Shown here: piece by piece, positions 41,333-54,180 of the stretch
How positions within the stretch are numbered: the stretch's first letter is position 1
Layout: the number at the start of each line of letters is the position of its first letter
Source of the DNA: Alphaproteobacteria bacterium
Lineage (GTDB): Bacteria > Pseudomonadota > Alphaproteobacteria > SMXQ01
Length of the DNA: 64,000 nt
Direction: 5' to 3'
Assembly: GCA_035714115.1 (NCBI GenBank)
Contig: DASTMO010000075.1
Span: 10,291-74,290, forward strand
Program-made: the position numbers and the translations under genes
The notes under the pieces: generated by a model
The model's input: the letters and a program-made list of their open reading frames with translations, nothing else
Database searches by the model: none
What the model was told of the DNA's origin: nothing

Positions 41333-42115
41333 ATGAGTCCGCGCGGCCCCCGCGACAGATCGGACAGCCTCGCCGCGAGCGAGACGAGCGCCCTCGCGCC
41401 CGAAACGCCGGCGCAGCAGGCGATCTCGGCCGATCTCGTGGCCGGCTATCTGCGCCGCCATCCCGAGTTTCTCGCGCAATATCCCGACCTGCTGGAAACG
41501 CTGAAGCTGCCGGGCCGCTTCGGTCCGCAGCCGGGCCCGCGCGTGAAGGGCGGCGTGATCGACCTGCAAACGGCGATGATGGAGCGCCAGCGCAGCGAGA
41601 ACGCCCGCCTGGCGACGCTGCAAGCGGAGCTCCTGGCCACCAGCCGCGCCAACATGTCGAGCCAGCAGCGCATCCATGCCGGCGTGCTGGCACTTCTGGA
41701 AGCGACCACCTTCGAGCATCTGATCTCGGCGATCACCACCGATCTCGCCGTGCTGCTCGATGTCGATGTCGTCGCGCTCTGCGTCGAAGCGCCGGAAGGC
41801 CATCACCATCGCGACGTCGCCGGCGTGCATATCCTGACGCCGGGCGATGTCGACGCCATCATGGGCACGCGCGACACGTTGCTCACGCCGGCGCTGCACG
41901 GCCAGAACCCGCTCTACGGCGCGGCGGCGACGCTGGTGCGCTCCGAAGCGCTCTTGCGCCTGCGCCCCTCGGCCACCTCGCCGACCGGGCTTCTCGCGCT
42001 CGGCTCGCGTCACGAAGGCCGCTTCGACGCCAGCCAAGGCACCGAGCTGCTCGGCTTCCTCGCCCGCATCCTCGAGCTTTGCATCCGCACATGGCTGGGT
42101 CTGCCGCGCGACTGA
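41333..42115 (+). CDS. DUF484 (GAF-like) family protein, conserved partner of XerC
   Basis: DUF484 signature (VAGYLRRHPEFL). It sits immediately upstream of and overlapping xerC, as in many proteobacteria. Confidence 0.7.
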   Translation: MSPRGPRDRSDSLAASETSALAPETPAQQAISADLVAGYLRRHPEFLAQYPDLLETLKLPGRFGPQPGPRVKGGVIDLQTAMMERQRSENARLATLQAELLATSRANMSSQQRIHAGVLALLEATTFEHLISAITTDLAVLLDVDVVALCVEAPEGHHHRDVAGVHILTPGDVDAIMGTRDTLLTPALHGQNPLYGAAATLVRSEALLRLRPSATSPTGLLALGSRHEGRFDASQGTELLGFLARILELCIRTWLGLPRD

Positions 42116-43047
42116 CCCTCACGGCGCGCGATCCGGCCTTGGCCGGCGCGCTCGCCGATTGGCGCGCCTGGCTCGCCGACGAACGCCGCGCCTCGCCCCA
42201 TACGCTCGAAGCCTATGTCGGCGACCTCGCCGGCTTTCTCGCGTTTCTCAGCAACCATCTCGGCGGCGATCCATCGCTCGATGATCTTGCCGCGTTGAAG
42301 GCCGCCGATTTTCGCGCCTGGCTGGCGATGCGCGCGCGCGACGGCCTGGCCCGCAGCTCGACGGCGCGCGCCATGTCCACCGTGCGCGGCTTTTTCCGCC
42401 GCCTGGAAAAGCGCGACCTCATCAGCAACCCCGCCGTGCGCGCCGTGCGTACCCCGAAACTGCCGCAGGCCGCGCCCAAGCCGCTCAGCGAACAGGGCGC
42501 GCGCGAAGTGATGCAGAATGTCGGGGCCATGGCGAAAGAGCCGTGGATCGCCAAGCGCGACGCCGCCGTGCTGCTGCTGCTCTACGGTTGCGGCCTGCGC
42601 ATCGGCGAAGCGCTCGGCCTGACGCGCGGGCGCGTGCGGGACATGGCCGGCGGCGCCATGACGGTGCGCGGCAAAGGCAGCAAGGACCGCATGGTGCCGG
42701 TGTTGCCCGTCGTCGCCGACGCGGTGAAGGATTATCTCGCCGCCTGCCCCTATGCCGGCGGCGAGAGCGATCCGCTGTTCCTCGGCGCGCGCGGCAAGGC
42801 GCTCGATCCGGCCATCGTGCAAAAGGAGATGCGGGCTTTGCGCCGCGCACTCAATCTGCCGGAAACGGCGACGCCGCATGCGCTGCGCCATAGCTTCGCC
42901 ACCCATCTGCTCGGCGGCGGCGGCGATCTGCGCACCATTCAGGAACTGCTCGGCCACGCCTCGCTCTCGACCACGCAGCGCTACACCGCCGTCGATTCGG
43001 CCAAATTGCTCGACGTCTATCGCAGCGCGCATCCCAGAGCACGCTAG
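42079..43047 (+). CDS. xerC: Tyrosine recombinase XerC
   Basis: Phage-integrase-family catalytic residues R...HxLRHSFATHLL...Y (RYTAVD). Chromosome-dimer-resolution context. Confidence 0.85.
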   Translation: MHPHMAGSAARLTLTARDPALAGALADWRAWLADERRASPHTLEAYVGDLAGFLAFLSNHLGGDPSLDDLAALKAADFRAWLAMRARDGLARSSTARAMSTVRGFFRRLEKRDLISNPAVRAVRTPKLPQAAPKPLSEQGAREVMQNVGAMAKEPWIAKRDAAVLLLLYGCGLRIGEALGLTRGRVRDMAGGAMTVRGKGSKDRMVPVLPVVADAVKDYLAACPYAGGESDPLFLGARGKALDPAIVQKEMRALRRALNLPETATPHALRHSFATHLLGGGGDLRTIQELLGHASLSTTQRYTAVDSAKLLDVYRSAHPRAR

Positions 43048-43072
43048 ACACGTTCGCTAAAGGAGTACGCCC

Positions 43073-43519
43073 ATGATCACTCGTCGCGATGTTTTGAAAA
43101 GCCTGGCCGCCTGCAGTCTCCTCGCCGCCGCCGCGCCATTGCTGGCGAAAGCCGCGCAAGCGCAGGGCGCATCGACCAGCGCGCGTTTCGATCAGCGCGA
43201 GACGCAGATCATCCGCGACTATTACCGCATGGAAGTGGCCAAGGCGCGCGCCAACCGCGGCAAGGGCGGCGGCGTACCGGCCGGCTTGCCGCGCAAGGAC
43301 GAACTGCCGCCGGGCTTGATGCGGATGATTCAGGAAGGCCAGCCGCTGCCCGCCGCCGTGCCGAAGAAATCCCTGCCGGCCGATCTGGAGAAGAGCCTGC
43401 CGGTGCGCCCGACGTCGCTGCGCCTGATCGCCGGCGATCTCGTCATGCTGGTGGATGGCAAGGGCACGGTGCGCGACATCCTGGCGATCACCGAGATCAT
43501 CGAGCCGCTGTACCGCTAA
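43073..43519 (+). CDS. Hypothetical periplasmic protein with a Tat-type signal peptide
   Basis: AAGGAG RBS. N-terminus MITRRDVLKSLAACSLLAAAAPLLAKAAQA. No recognisable domain. Confidence 0.5.
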   Translation: MITRRDVLKSLAACSLLAAAAPLLAKAAQAQGASTSARFDQRETQIIRDYYRMEVAKARANRGKGGGVPAGLPRKDELPPGLMRMIQEGQPLPAAVPKKSLPADLEKSLPVRPTSLRLIAGDLVMLVDGKGTVRDILAITEIIEPLYR

Positions 43520-43809
43520 TCGCGCTTGCGACCGAACCAGCCTTTGATTTTGCCCGGCAATTCTTTCGACCAAGCCTCGGCATGGTCGAGCTTCGCGCCC
43601 CATTTGGGATAGCGGCGCTTGAATTTCTGCTTGAGCGCGCGCACGCGCGACGAGCCCTTCGACAGCAGCGCCAAGCCGACGAGCAGGAACAGCACGCCCT
43701 GCAGGATCGGCAGGAACAGGCCGAGCACGCCGAGGATGACGAAGAACGTCCCGGCGACGAGGTAGAGTTTGCGTTTGACCGTCTGGGTGAGCCAGGCCGG
43801 GCGTTTCAT
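43516..43809 (-). CDS. YbaN/DUF454 family inner-membrane protein
   Basis: Two TM helices with FLLVGLALLSKGS. 97 aa. Confidence 0.65.
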   Translation of the reverse strand: MKRPAWLTQTVKRKLYLVAGTFFVILGVLGLFLPILQGVLFLLVGLALLSKGSSRVRALKQKFKRRYPKWGAKLDHAEAWSKELPGKIKGWFGRKRD

Positions 43810-43827
43810 CCGCGACCTGGCCTCCCG

Positions 43828-45243
43828 TCACATATGGATCGGACGACCGTCGACCGCGAGCGCCGCTTCCTTCACGCTTTCCGACAGGGTCGGATGAGCG
43901 TGGCAGGTGCGCGCGATGTCCTCGGCCGAGGCTCCGAACTCCATGCCCACCGCGATCTCGGCGATGAGATGGCCGGCATCGGCGCCGACGATATGGCAGC
44001 CGAGCACGCGGTCGGTCTTGGCGTCGGCGAGGATCTTCACGAAGCCGTCCGTCGCGTTCATGGCGCGGGCGCGGCCGTTCGCCGTGTAGGGGAACTTGCC
44101 GGCCTTGTAGGCGACGCCGGCCTGCTTCAGCTCTTCCTCGGTCTTGCCGATGGCGGCGACTTCCGGGGCGGTGTAGACGACCGACGGAATCGCGTCGTAG
44201 TTCACGTGGCCGGCCTGGCCGGCGATGCGCTCGGCGAGCGCCACGCCTTCGTCCTCGGCCTTGTGCGCCAGCATGGCGCCGATGATGACGTCGCCGATGG
44301 CGAAGACGCCCGGCGCGCTGGTCTTGAAATGGCCGTCCGTCTCGATGCGGCCGCGGCTGTCCAGCTTCACGCCGGCCTTCTCGAGACCCAAGCCTTCCGT
44401 GTAGGGCTTGCGGCCCACGGCCACCAGCACGACGTCGGCTTCCAGCGTTTCGGCCGCGCCGCCGGCGGCGGGCTCGAGCGAGAGCGTGACGCCCTTCGCG
44501 CCCGGCTTGGCGGACGTGACCTTTGTCGAGAGCTTGAAGGCCATGCCCTGCTTGGCGAGGATCTTCTGCATCGACTTGGACACTTCGCCGTCCATCGGCG
44601 GCAGGATGCGGTCGAGGAATTCGACGACGGTGACCTGGGTGCCGAGGCGCTGATAGACCGAACCCAATTCAAGGCCGATCACGCCGCCGCCGATCACCAC
44701 CATGGTCTTCGGCACGCCACCGAGCGTCAGCGCGCCGGTCGAGGAGACGATGGTCTTCTCGTCGATGACGATGCCCGGCAGCGACACGACGTCGGAGCCG
44801 GTGGCGAGCACGATGCTCTTGGCGGTCAGCTTGGCTTCGCCGCCGGCATTGAGCTTCACCGCGACCACGCCGCCGCCCTCGAGCGAGCCGGCGCCCTTGA
44901 ACCATTCGATCTTGTTCTTCTTCATCAGGAAGGCGACGCCGTCGACGTTCGACTTCACCGTCTTGTCCTTGTGGGCCATGAAGGCGCCGAAATCGAGTTC
45001 GGGCTTGCCGACCTTCACGCCGAAGGCGGCGAGATGATGGGCGGCTTCCTCGAACTTCTCGGAGGCCTGCAGCATCGCCTTGGACGGAATGCAACCGACA
45101 TTGAGACAGGTGCCGCCGAGCGTCTCGCGCTTCTCGACGATGGCGGTCTTGAGGCCAAGCTGGGCGGCGCGGATGGCGCAGACATAGCCGCCGGGGCCGG
45201 AGCCGATGACGACGACATCGAAATTCGTGGGTTGGTCGGCCAT
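43828..45243 (-). CDS. lpdA: Dihydrolipoyl dehydrogenase (E3)
   Basis: GSGPGGY FAD motif and redox-active GGTCLNVGCIPSK. Confidence 0.95.
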   Translation of the reverse strand: MADQPTNFDVVVIGSGPGGYVCAIRAAQLGLKTAIVEKRETLGGTCLNVGCIPSKAMLQASEKFEEAAHHLAAFGVKVGKPELDFGAFMAHKDKTVKSNVDGVAFLMKKNKIEWFKGAGSLEGGGVVAVKLNAGGEAKLTAKSIVLATGSDVVSLPGIVIDEKTIVSSTGALTLGGVPKTMVVIGGGVIGLELGSVYQRLGTQVTVVEFLDRILPPMDGEVSKSMQKILAKQGMAFKLSTKVTSAKPGAKGVTLSLEPAAGGAAETLEADVVLVAVGRKPYTEGLGLEKAGVKLDSRGRIETDGHFKTSAPGVFAIGDVIIGAMLAHKAEDEGVALAERIAGQAGHVNYDAIPSVVYTAPEVAAIGKTEEELKQAGVAYKAGKFPYTANGRARAMNATDGFVKILADAKTDRVLGCHIVGADAGHLIAEIAVGMEFGASAEDIARTCHAHPTLSESVKEAALAVDGRPIHM

Positions 45244-45344
45244 TTTGGCGATCCTAATTCAAATGAGGGCTGAGACGGTTGCGCCCCGCTGCCGATTGTT
45301 AAAGCGGTCAGGCAGGGCGCAACGCGAGGCGAACGGAAACGCGA

Positions 45345-46577
45345 TTAGACGTCGAGCAGCAAGCGGCTCGGGTCTTCGATGCATTCCTTGATGCGGACCA
45401 GGAAGGTCACGGCCTCGCGGCCGTCGACGATGCGGTGGTCGTAGGACAGGGCCAGATACATCATCGGACGCACTTCGATCTTGCCGCCGATGACGATCGG
45501 GCGTTCCTGGATCTTGTGCATGCCGAGAATGCCGGACTGAGGCGTGTTGAGAATCGGCGTCGAGAGCAGCGAGCCGTAGATGCCGCCGTTCGAGATGGTG
45601 AAGGTGCCGCCGGTCATGTCCTCGATGGTCAGCTTGCCGTCGCGCGCCTTGCGGCCGTAGGCGGAGATCGCCTTCTCGACATCGGCGAGGCCCATCGTGT
45701 CGGCATCGCGCAGCACGGGAACGACCAGGCCGTTCTCGGTGCCGACGGCCACGCCGACGTCATAATGGTTCTTGTAGACCAGCTCGTCACCCTGGATCTC
45801 GGCGTTGACCTCAGGAATTTCTTTGAGGGCGGCGATGGCCGCCTTCACGAAGAAGCTCATGAAGCCGAGCTTGATGCCGTGGCGCTTCTCGAAGTTGTCT
45901 TTGTAGGCATTGCGCAGCGCCATCACGTTGGTCATGTCCACCTCGTTGAAGGTGGTGAGCATGGCGGCGGTGTTCTGCGCTTCCTTCAGGCGCTCGGCGA
46001 TGCGGCGGCGCAGGCGCGTCATCTTCACGCGCTCTTCGCGCGGACCCGAAGCGCTCGGAGCCGACGGAACGGACGGCGCGGGAGCGGCCTTCGGCGCGAC
46101 CGGCTTTTCCGGGGCGGCGGCGGCCTTCTCGAGATGAGCCAGCACGTCTTCCTTGGTCAGACGGCCGTCCTTGCCGCTCGCCTTGATCTTGGCGGCGTCG
46201 AGGTTGTTCTCTTCGATCAGCTTGCGCACGGCGGGAGCCAGAGGCGCGTCAGCAGTCGCAGCCGGGGCCGCGGCGGCAGGCGCCGGAGCGGCAGCGGCCG
46301 GGGCGGCAGCGGCTTTCGGCGCGGCCTTCGCGCCAGCAGCGCCTTCGGCGATACGCCCGAGCACCGCGCCGACGGCGACTTCGCCGCCGGTCTGCACGAG
46401 AATCTCGTCGATCACACCGGCAACCTGCGCATTGACCTCGACGGCGACCTTGTCGGTCTCCAGCTCCACGAGCGGTTCGTCGATCTCGACCCGGTCGCCC
46501 GCGGCCTTGTGCCACTTCGCGACGGTCGCTTCGGTCACCGATTCGCCCAGCGTGGGCACGACGATATCAACAGCCAT
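45345..46577 (-). CDS. sucB: 2-oxoglutarate dehydrogenase E2 (dihydrolipoyllysine-residue succinyltransferase)
   Basis: Lipoyl domain ([10 protein letters not shown]), Ala/Pro linker, catalytic DHRIVDG. The start is Met at 46575-46577. Confidence 0.9.
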   Translation of the reverse strand: MAVDIVVPTLGESVTEATVAKWHKAAGDRVEIDEPLVELETDKVAVEVNAQVAGVIDEILVQTGGEVAVGAVLGRIAEGAAGAKAAPKAAAAPAAAAPAPAAAAPAATADAPLAPAVRKLIEENNLDAAKIKASGKDGRLTKEDVLAHLEKAAAAPEKPVAPKAAPAPSVPSAPSASGPREERVKMTRLRRRIAERLKEAQNTAAMLTTFNEVDMTNVMALRNAYKDNFEKRHGIKLGFMSFFVKAAIAALKEIPEVNAEIQGDELVYKNHYDVGVAVGTENGLVVPVLRDADTMGLADVEKAISAYGRKARDGKLTIEDMTGGTFTISNGGIYGSLLSTPILNTPQSGILGMHKIQERPIVIGGKIEVRPMMYLALSYDHRIVDGREAVTFLVRIKECIEDPSRLLLDV

Positions 46578-46711
46578 GTCTCTTTCACCTGATGGGCCGG
46601 CGGCATTTGAGCGGTCATCGCTCCTGTCGCCCGGCTTGTCTTCCGCCCATCCCATGATGGGCGGCCTTCAAAAACGAAACCCCCGCCGGCTCTTGCCAGC
46701 GGGGGCGGAGA

Positions 46712-49627
46712 TCACTTCACCGTCAGCGCGTCGCTCACCAGTTGCGCCTGCTCCTGGTTGTGACGGCGCAAGAGGCCGGTGGCCGGCGAAGCCGATTCGG
46801 GGCGGCCGGCGTAGCTCGGGCGCTGCGCCTTGACCTTGAGACCGCCGAGCACCGCTTCGATGCGGCGATCGACGAAGGTCCAGGCGCCCATGTTCTGCGG
46901 CTCTTCCTGACACCAGACCACTTCGGCGTTGGGATAGCGCGCCAGTTCGAGCGAGAGCGTGCCGGCCGGGAACGGATAGAGCTGCTCGACGCGCAGGATC
47001 GCGACATCTTTCAGGCCGCGATTCTCGCGCTCCTGCCAGAGATCGTAATAGACCTTGCCGGTGCAGAGCACGACGCGCTTCACCTGGGCGTCGGCGACGA
47101 GCGCGTTGGTCTCGCCGATGACGCGGTGGAAGCTGGTGCCCGGGCCCATGTCCGCCAGTTTGGAGACGCAGAGCTTATGACGCAGCAGCGATTTCGGCGT
47201 CATGATGATCAGCGGCTTGCGGAACTTGCGGCGCACCTGGCGGCGCAGGATGTGGAAGTAGTTCGCCGGAGTCGTGCAGTTGGCGACCTGCATGTTGTCT
47301 TCGGCGCAGGCCTGCAGATAACGCTCCAGACGCGCCGAGCTATGCTCCGGACCCTGGCCTTCGTAGCCGTGCGGCAGCAGCATGACGAGACCCGACATGC
47401 GCAGCCACTTGCTTTCCGACGAGGAGATGAACTGGTCGACGATCACCTGCGCGCCATTGGCGAAGTCGCCGAACTGGCCTTCCCACAGCACGAGCGAGTT
47501 CGGATCGGTGATCGAATAGCCGTATTCGAAGCCGAGCACGCCGGCTTCCGACAGCGGGCTGTCGACCACTTCGTACTGCGCCTGCTTCGGATCGATATGC
47601 ATGAGCGGCACGTAGCGCTCTTCGGTCTGCTGATCGACCAGCACCGAATGACGCTGCGAGAAGGTGCCGCGGCCCGAGTCCTGGCCCGACAGGCGGACCG
47701 GCGTGCCTTCGAGGGCGAGCGTGCCGTAGGCCAGCGCTTCGGCGGTCGCCCAGTCGAAGCCCTCGCCCGTCTCGAACATCTCGGCCTTCTGCTGCAGCTG
47801 ACGCTGGATGCGCGAATGCAGCTTGAACTCCGGCGGCACGGTGGAGAGCGCCTTGCCGACCTTCTTCAGGACGTCGATCTCGACGGCAGTGTTGCCCTTG
47901 CGGTCGTCGTTGCCGGCCTGGCCGAAGCCGCGCCAGCTGCCTTCGAACCAGTCGGCCTTGTTCGGCTTGTAGGTCTTGGCCGCCTCGAACGCCTCGTCGA
48001 GGCGCTGATGCATGGCCTTCTGGATGCCGGACGCTTCCGCCTCGGTATAGACGCCTTCGGCGACCAGACGCTTGGCGTAAATCTCCTGCACCGTCGCATG
48101 GCCGGCGATCGTGCGGTACATGATCGGCTGGGTGAACGAGGGCTCGTCGCCTTCGTTATGGCCGTGGCGGCGATAGCAGAACAGATCGATCACCACGTCC
48201 TTCTTGAAGGCGTGGCGGTATTCCGAGGCGATGCGCGCGACATGCACGACCGCTTCCGGATCGTCGCCGTTCACATGGAAGATCGGCGCCTGGAAGCCCT
48301 TGGCCACATCCGACGGATAGGGCGAGAAGCGCGAATAGGACGGCGCGGTGGTGAAGCCGATCTGGTTGTTCACGATCAGATGGATCGTGCCGCCCGAGCG
48401 GTAACCGCGCAGGCCGGCGAAGCACAGCGTTTCCGGCACGAGGCCCTGGCCGGCGAAGGCGGCGTCGCCGTGCATCAGCACGCCGATGACCTTTTCGCGG
48501 GCCAAGTCGCCGCGGATCGCCTGCTTGGCGCGGACCTTGCCGACGACCACCGGGTCGACGGCTTCGAGGTGCGACGGGTTGGCGTTGAGCGAGAGATGGA
48601 CCTTCTGGCCCTCGATCTCGCGGTCGCCCGACGCGCCGAGATGGTACTTCACGTCGCCCGAGCCGACGGTGCCGTCGGGGTTGGACGAGTTGCCCTGGAA
48701 TTCGGAGAACAACGCCGTGAACGACTTGCCCATGATGTTGGTGAGCACGTTCAGGCGGCCGCGGTGCGGCATGCCCATCACGACTTCCTCGACGCCGAGG
48801 CGGGCCGAGGCGCGAATGATTTCTTCGAGCACGGGAATCATCGATTCGCCGCCATCGAGACCGAAGCGCTTGGTGCCGGTGAACTTCAGCTGGCAGTACT
48901 TCTCCAGGCCTTCGGCGCCGGTGATGTAGCCGAACACGGCCTTCTTTTCGTCGGCCGAGAGATTCGGACGGCCGCGCGAGCGCTCGACGCGCTCCTGGAT
49001 CCAGGCCTTCTCGGCCGGATCCTGCATATGGAGGAATTCGACGCCGATCTTGCCGCAATAGGTTTCGCGCAGAACGTCGATGATCTTACGCAGCGTCGCG
49101 GTCTCGAGACCGAGCACGTTGTCGATAAAGATCGGGCGATCCCAATCGGCGTCCGTGAAGCCGTAAGAGCTCGGCTCCAGTTCCGGATGCGGGACTGGCG
49201 GGTTGAGGCCCAGCGGATCGAGATCGGCCATCAGATGGCCGCGCACGCGATAGGCGCGGATCAGCATCAGGGCGCGGATCGAATCGAGCGTCGCGGCGCG
49301 CAGTTGCGCCTGGCTTACGCCGGCGGCAGCGGGAGCCGCGCCGTCAGCCGGCTTCGCCGGAGCCTTCGCGCCTTTCGGCGGCGTCGGGTCGAGCCAGGGG
49401 GCGAAGTCGTAAGCCGCGCCGTTGATCTTCGCGCGCTTGGCTTTGGGAGCCCAGCTCGCGCCATAATGCTCTTTCAGCGCCGCGTGAGCGTCGTCGCCGA
49501 GGCCGGCGAAGAACACCGCCCATTCGGAATCGACGGAAGAAGGATCGTTGGTCCAGCGCGCGTAAAGCTCGGAGATGAAAGCGCTGTTGCCGCCGGAGAA
49601 AATGCTGTCGGGTAGATCGGTCGCCAT
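46712..49627 (-). CDS. sucA: 2-oxoglutarate dehydrogenase E1 component
   Basis: 971 aa. TPP-dependent E1o family. Confidence 0.95.
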   Translation of the reverse strand: MATDLPDSIFSGGNSAFISELYARWTNDPSSVDSEWAVFFAGLGDDAHAALKEHYGASWAPKAKRAKINGAAYDFAPWLDPTPPKGAKAPAKPADGAAPAAAGVSQAQLRAATLDSIRALMLIRAYRVRGHLMADLDPLGLNPPVPHPELEPSSYGFTDADWDRPIFIDNVLGLETATLRKIIDVLRETYCGKIGVEFLHMQDPAEKAWIQERVERSRGRPNLSADEKKAVFGYITGAEGLEKYCQLKFTGTKRFGLDGGESMIPVLEEIIRASARLGVEEVVMGMPHRGRLNVLTNIMGKSFTALFSEFQGNSSNPDGTVGSGDVKYHLGASGDREIEGQKVHLSLNANPSHLEAVDPVVVGKVRAKQAIRGDLAREKVIGVLMHGDAAFAGQGLVPETLCFAGLRGYRSGGTIHLIVNNQIGFTTAPSYSRFSPYPSDVAKGFQAPIFHVNGDDPEAVVHVARIASEYRHAFKKDVVIDLFCYRRHGHNEGDEPSFTQPIMYRTIAGHATVQEIYAKRLVAEGVYTEAEASGIQKAMHQRLDEAFEAAKTYKPNKADWFEGSWRGFGQAGNDDRKGNTAVEIDVLKKVGKALSTVPPEFKLHSRIQRQLQQKAEMFETGEGFDWATAEALAYGTLALEGTPVRLSGQDSGRGTFSQRHSVLVDQQTEERYVPLMHIDPKQAQYEVVDSPLSEAGVLGFEYGYSITDPNSLVLWEGQFGDFANGAQVIVDQFISSSESKWLRMSGLVMLLPHGYEGQGPEHSSARLERYLQACAEDNMQVANCTTPANYFHILRRQVRRKFRKPLIIMTPKSLLRHKLCVSKLADMGPGTSFHRVIGETNALVADAQVKRVVLCTGKVYYDLWQERENRGLKDVAILRVEQLYPFPAGTLSLELARYPNAEVVWCQEEPQNMGAWTFVDRRIEAVLGGLKVKAQRPSYAGRPESASPATGLLRRHNQEQAQLVSDALTVK

Positions 49628-49854
49628 CTGGGTTCGCTTACCTGTGGGGTTCCGCCTGAGAACCCGCCTTGCTGCGCTCCGGGGCGATTATCGCTCCCTA
49701 AGAGCGTCGAGAACGGGTCAGGGCCCGTTGCCGTTCCTGCCAAAACCGCAGGCTCCTCGAGCCCCGCTGATATGGGGTTAACCATAACGCGGCGCAACAC
49801 GCGAGGACGCGGTCCCGGACCGATCCTTATCGGTCCGGGACTGTTAACAAGGGC

Positions 49855-51903
<2,049 letters not shown>

Positions 51904-52530
51904 GTTCGCCCGATGATTTGCAGATCTTGCTTCGGCAGGAGGCCGTCGACAGGGTCACGATCGGCGCGCTCGAAACGCGCTCGAAAAGACGCGAAGCCCG
52001 GCGCGAAGCCGCGGCCGCCATTGGCCGCCGACCCGGCCGGGTACGGTGCCGCGTAATCTATCACCCTCGCTTTTCGGATCAACCTATAACGGGCGGTTTT
52101 CGGCCATTTTCCGCCGTAAAGTCAGGCTCTTGCCGCAATTTCCGACAGCTTCGTGACCGCTCAGCCACGGTGCATTGGCGCAGCCGTTGACCCCATAGGA
52201 ATTCACGAAGAGAGGACGTTATCGGTGCCTCGAAAGGCGCTCCGAAGGCCGCCTGGCAGGCGCGGCGCCGCGGATCGCGCCGAGCGGCCGATAAAGGGCG
52301 AATAAATATTTGGAATCAATTGAGTAGCCGGCGATCAATGAGATCGCAGGGGCGCTCTATATATAAGTGTGTCGCGTGGCGGAGCGGCAGCGCGTAAAGC
52401 GCGGGGAAAGGGCGAGCGATAGGTACCCCCGAAACGTTCCCGCCCCGACCATCGCTTGGGCGATGGACGGGGCGGGTAAGGCTGGCCCGGGAACAAGTCC
52501 CGGGCCGAAGTCTAGCTTCAGAAGAAGCTA

Positions 52531-52620
52531 TTACTTCTTCTTGGCCGGGGCCTTCTTCTTGGCCTTCTTCGCAACCTTAGCCTTCTTGGCAACCTTCTTC
52601 TTCGCGGGCTTCTTAACCAT
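52531..52620 (-). CDS. Candidate 29-aa lysine-rich mini-protein (MVKKPAKKKVAKKAKVAKKAKKKAPAKKK) between mdh and sucC
   Basis: The minus-strand ORF runs in the same direction as the flanking TCA genes, with AGAGAG about 7 nt upstream of ATG. The plus-strand 93-aa ORF over the same DNA is its hydrophobic mirror. Confidence 0.35.
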   Translation of the reverse strand: MVKKPAKKKVAKKAKVAKKAKKKAPAKKK

Positions 52621-52685
52621 TGTTCTGCTCTCTTTGTTAGTGTGTTGATTATCCGAAACGATTTTACGCTTTGGTCTGCCCTGAT

Positions 52686-53657
<972 letters not shown>

Positions 53658-53970
53658 TTACGTCTTCACGTCACGAAACGGAACTGGATCTTCATAACGA
53701 CGCTGCGGCTTCCGTCTTCATTCAAGCTGCAAAGCGTAACGCTTTGTCGAATACCGTCCGCGATCTCGCCGTGAGCTTCGAAGCAACCTGCCTTCATCAA
53801 GCGATCAACCTCGAACAGAAGCGTCTCTCGCGTCATCGATCGGCATCTTCACTCGTCGTCTTCGCCGACCGATCGAGCGGCACTCGTCACCGCCGGAAAG
53901 TCCGTAAGCAGGACTCTCGACGCGCATAATTATCCAAAATTGAAACGTAGAAAATAAAAAAATGTGTTGC

Positions 53971-54180
53971 GGAGACGATTCGAGTCGTTTTTTTCGCCTC
54001 GCGCGACTCATTCGACACGCGATTCGATCCTTCGAGGACGATTTCCGATTCGTTTTTTCGTCTCATCGAGTCGTTTCGACTCGTGCTTTTGGACTGAAGG
54101 AGTCGTTTCGACTCGCGCTTTTGGACTTTGGCGACTCGATTCGAGTCGCGCGCGGCAAACGCGCGACGACTCATTCGGTT
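53971..54180. repeat. Array of palindromes and tandem ~33-bp repeats built on the half-site CGACTC/GAGTCG upstream of mdh
   Basis: CGAGTCG-TTT-CGACTCG occurs twice within two tandem ~33-bp units (54067-54132). The perfect 17-nt palindrome CGACTCGATTCGAGTCG sits at 54132-54148. GACTCATTCG occurs twice. Flanking DNA is AT-rich. Confidence 0.7.

Noticed and set aside
38288-42037. 1249-aa minus-strand ORF
   Set aside because: Only the 3' two-thirds is priA (starts at Met 40534). The upstream in-frame extension runs antisense through the real plus-strand tal and DUF484 genes. It is a stop-poor GC-rich artefact.
43582-45273. 563-aa plus-strand ORF antisense to lpdA
   Set aside because: Shadow ORF.
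46742-49615. 957-aa plus-strand ORF antisense to sucA
   Set aside because: Shadow ORF of the conserved E1 gene. Low-complexity Arg/Ala/Gly composition.
52367-52648. 93-aa plus-strand ORF with hydrophobic C-terminus
   Set aside because: Mirror frame of the K-rich repeat. It would be antisense within the mdh-suc gene string. The minus-strand mini-ORF is the better, though still uncertain, candidate.
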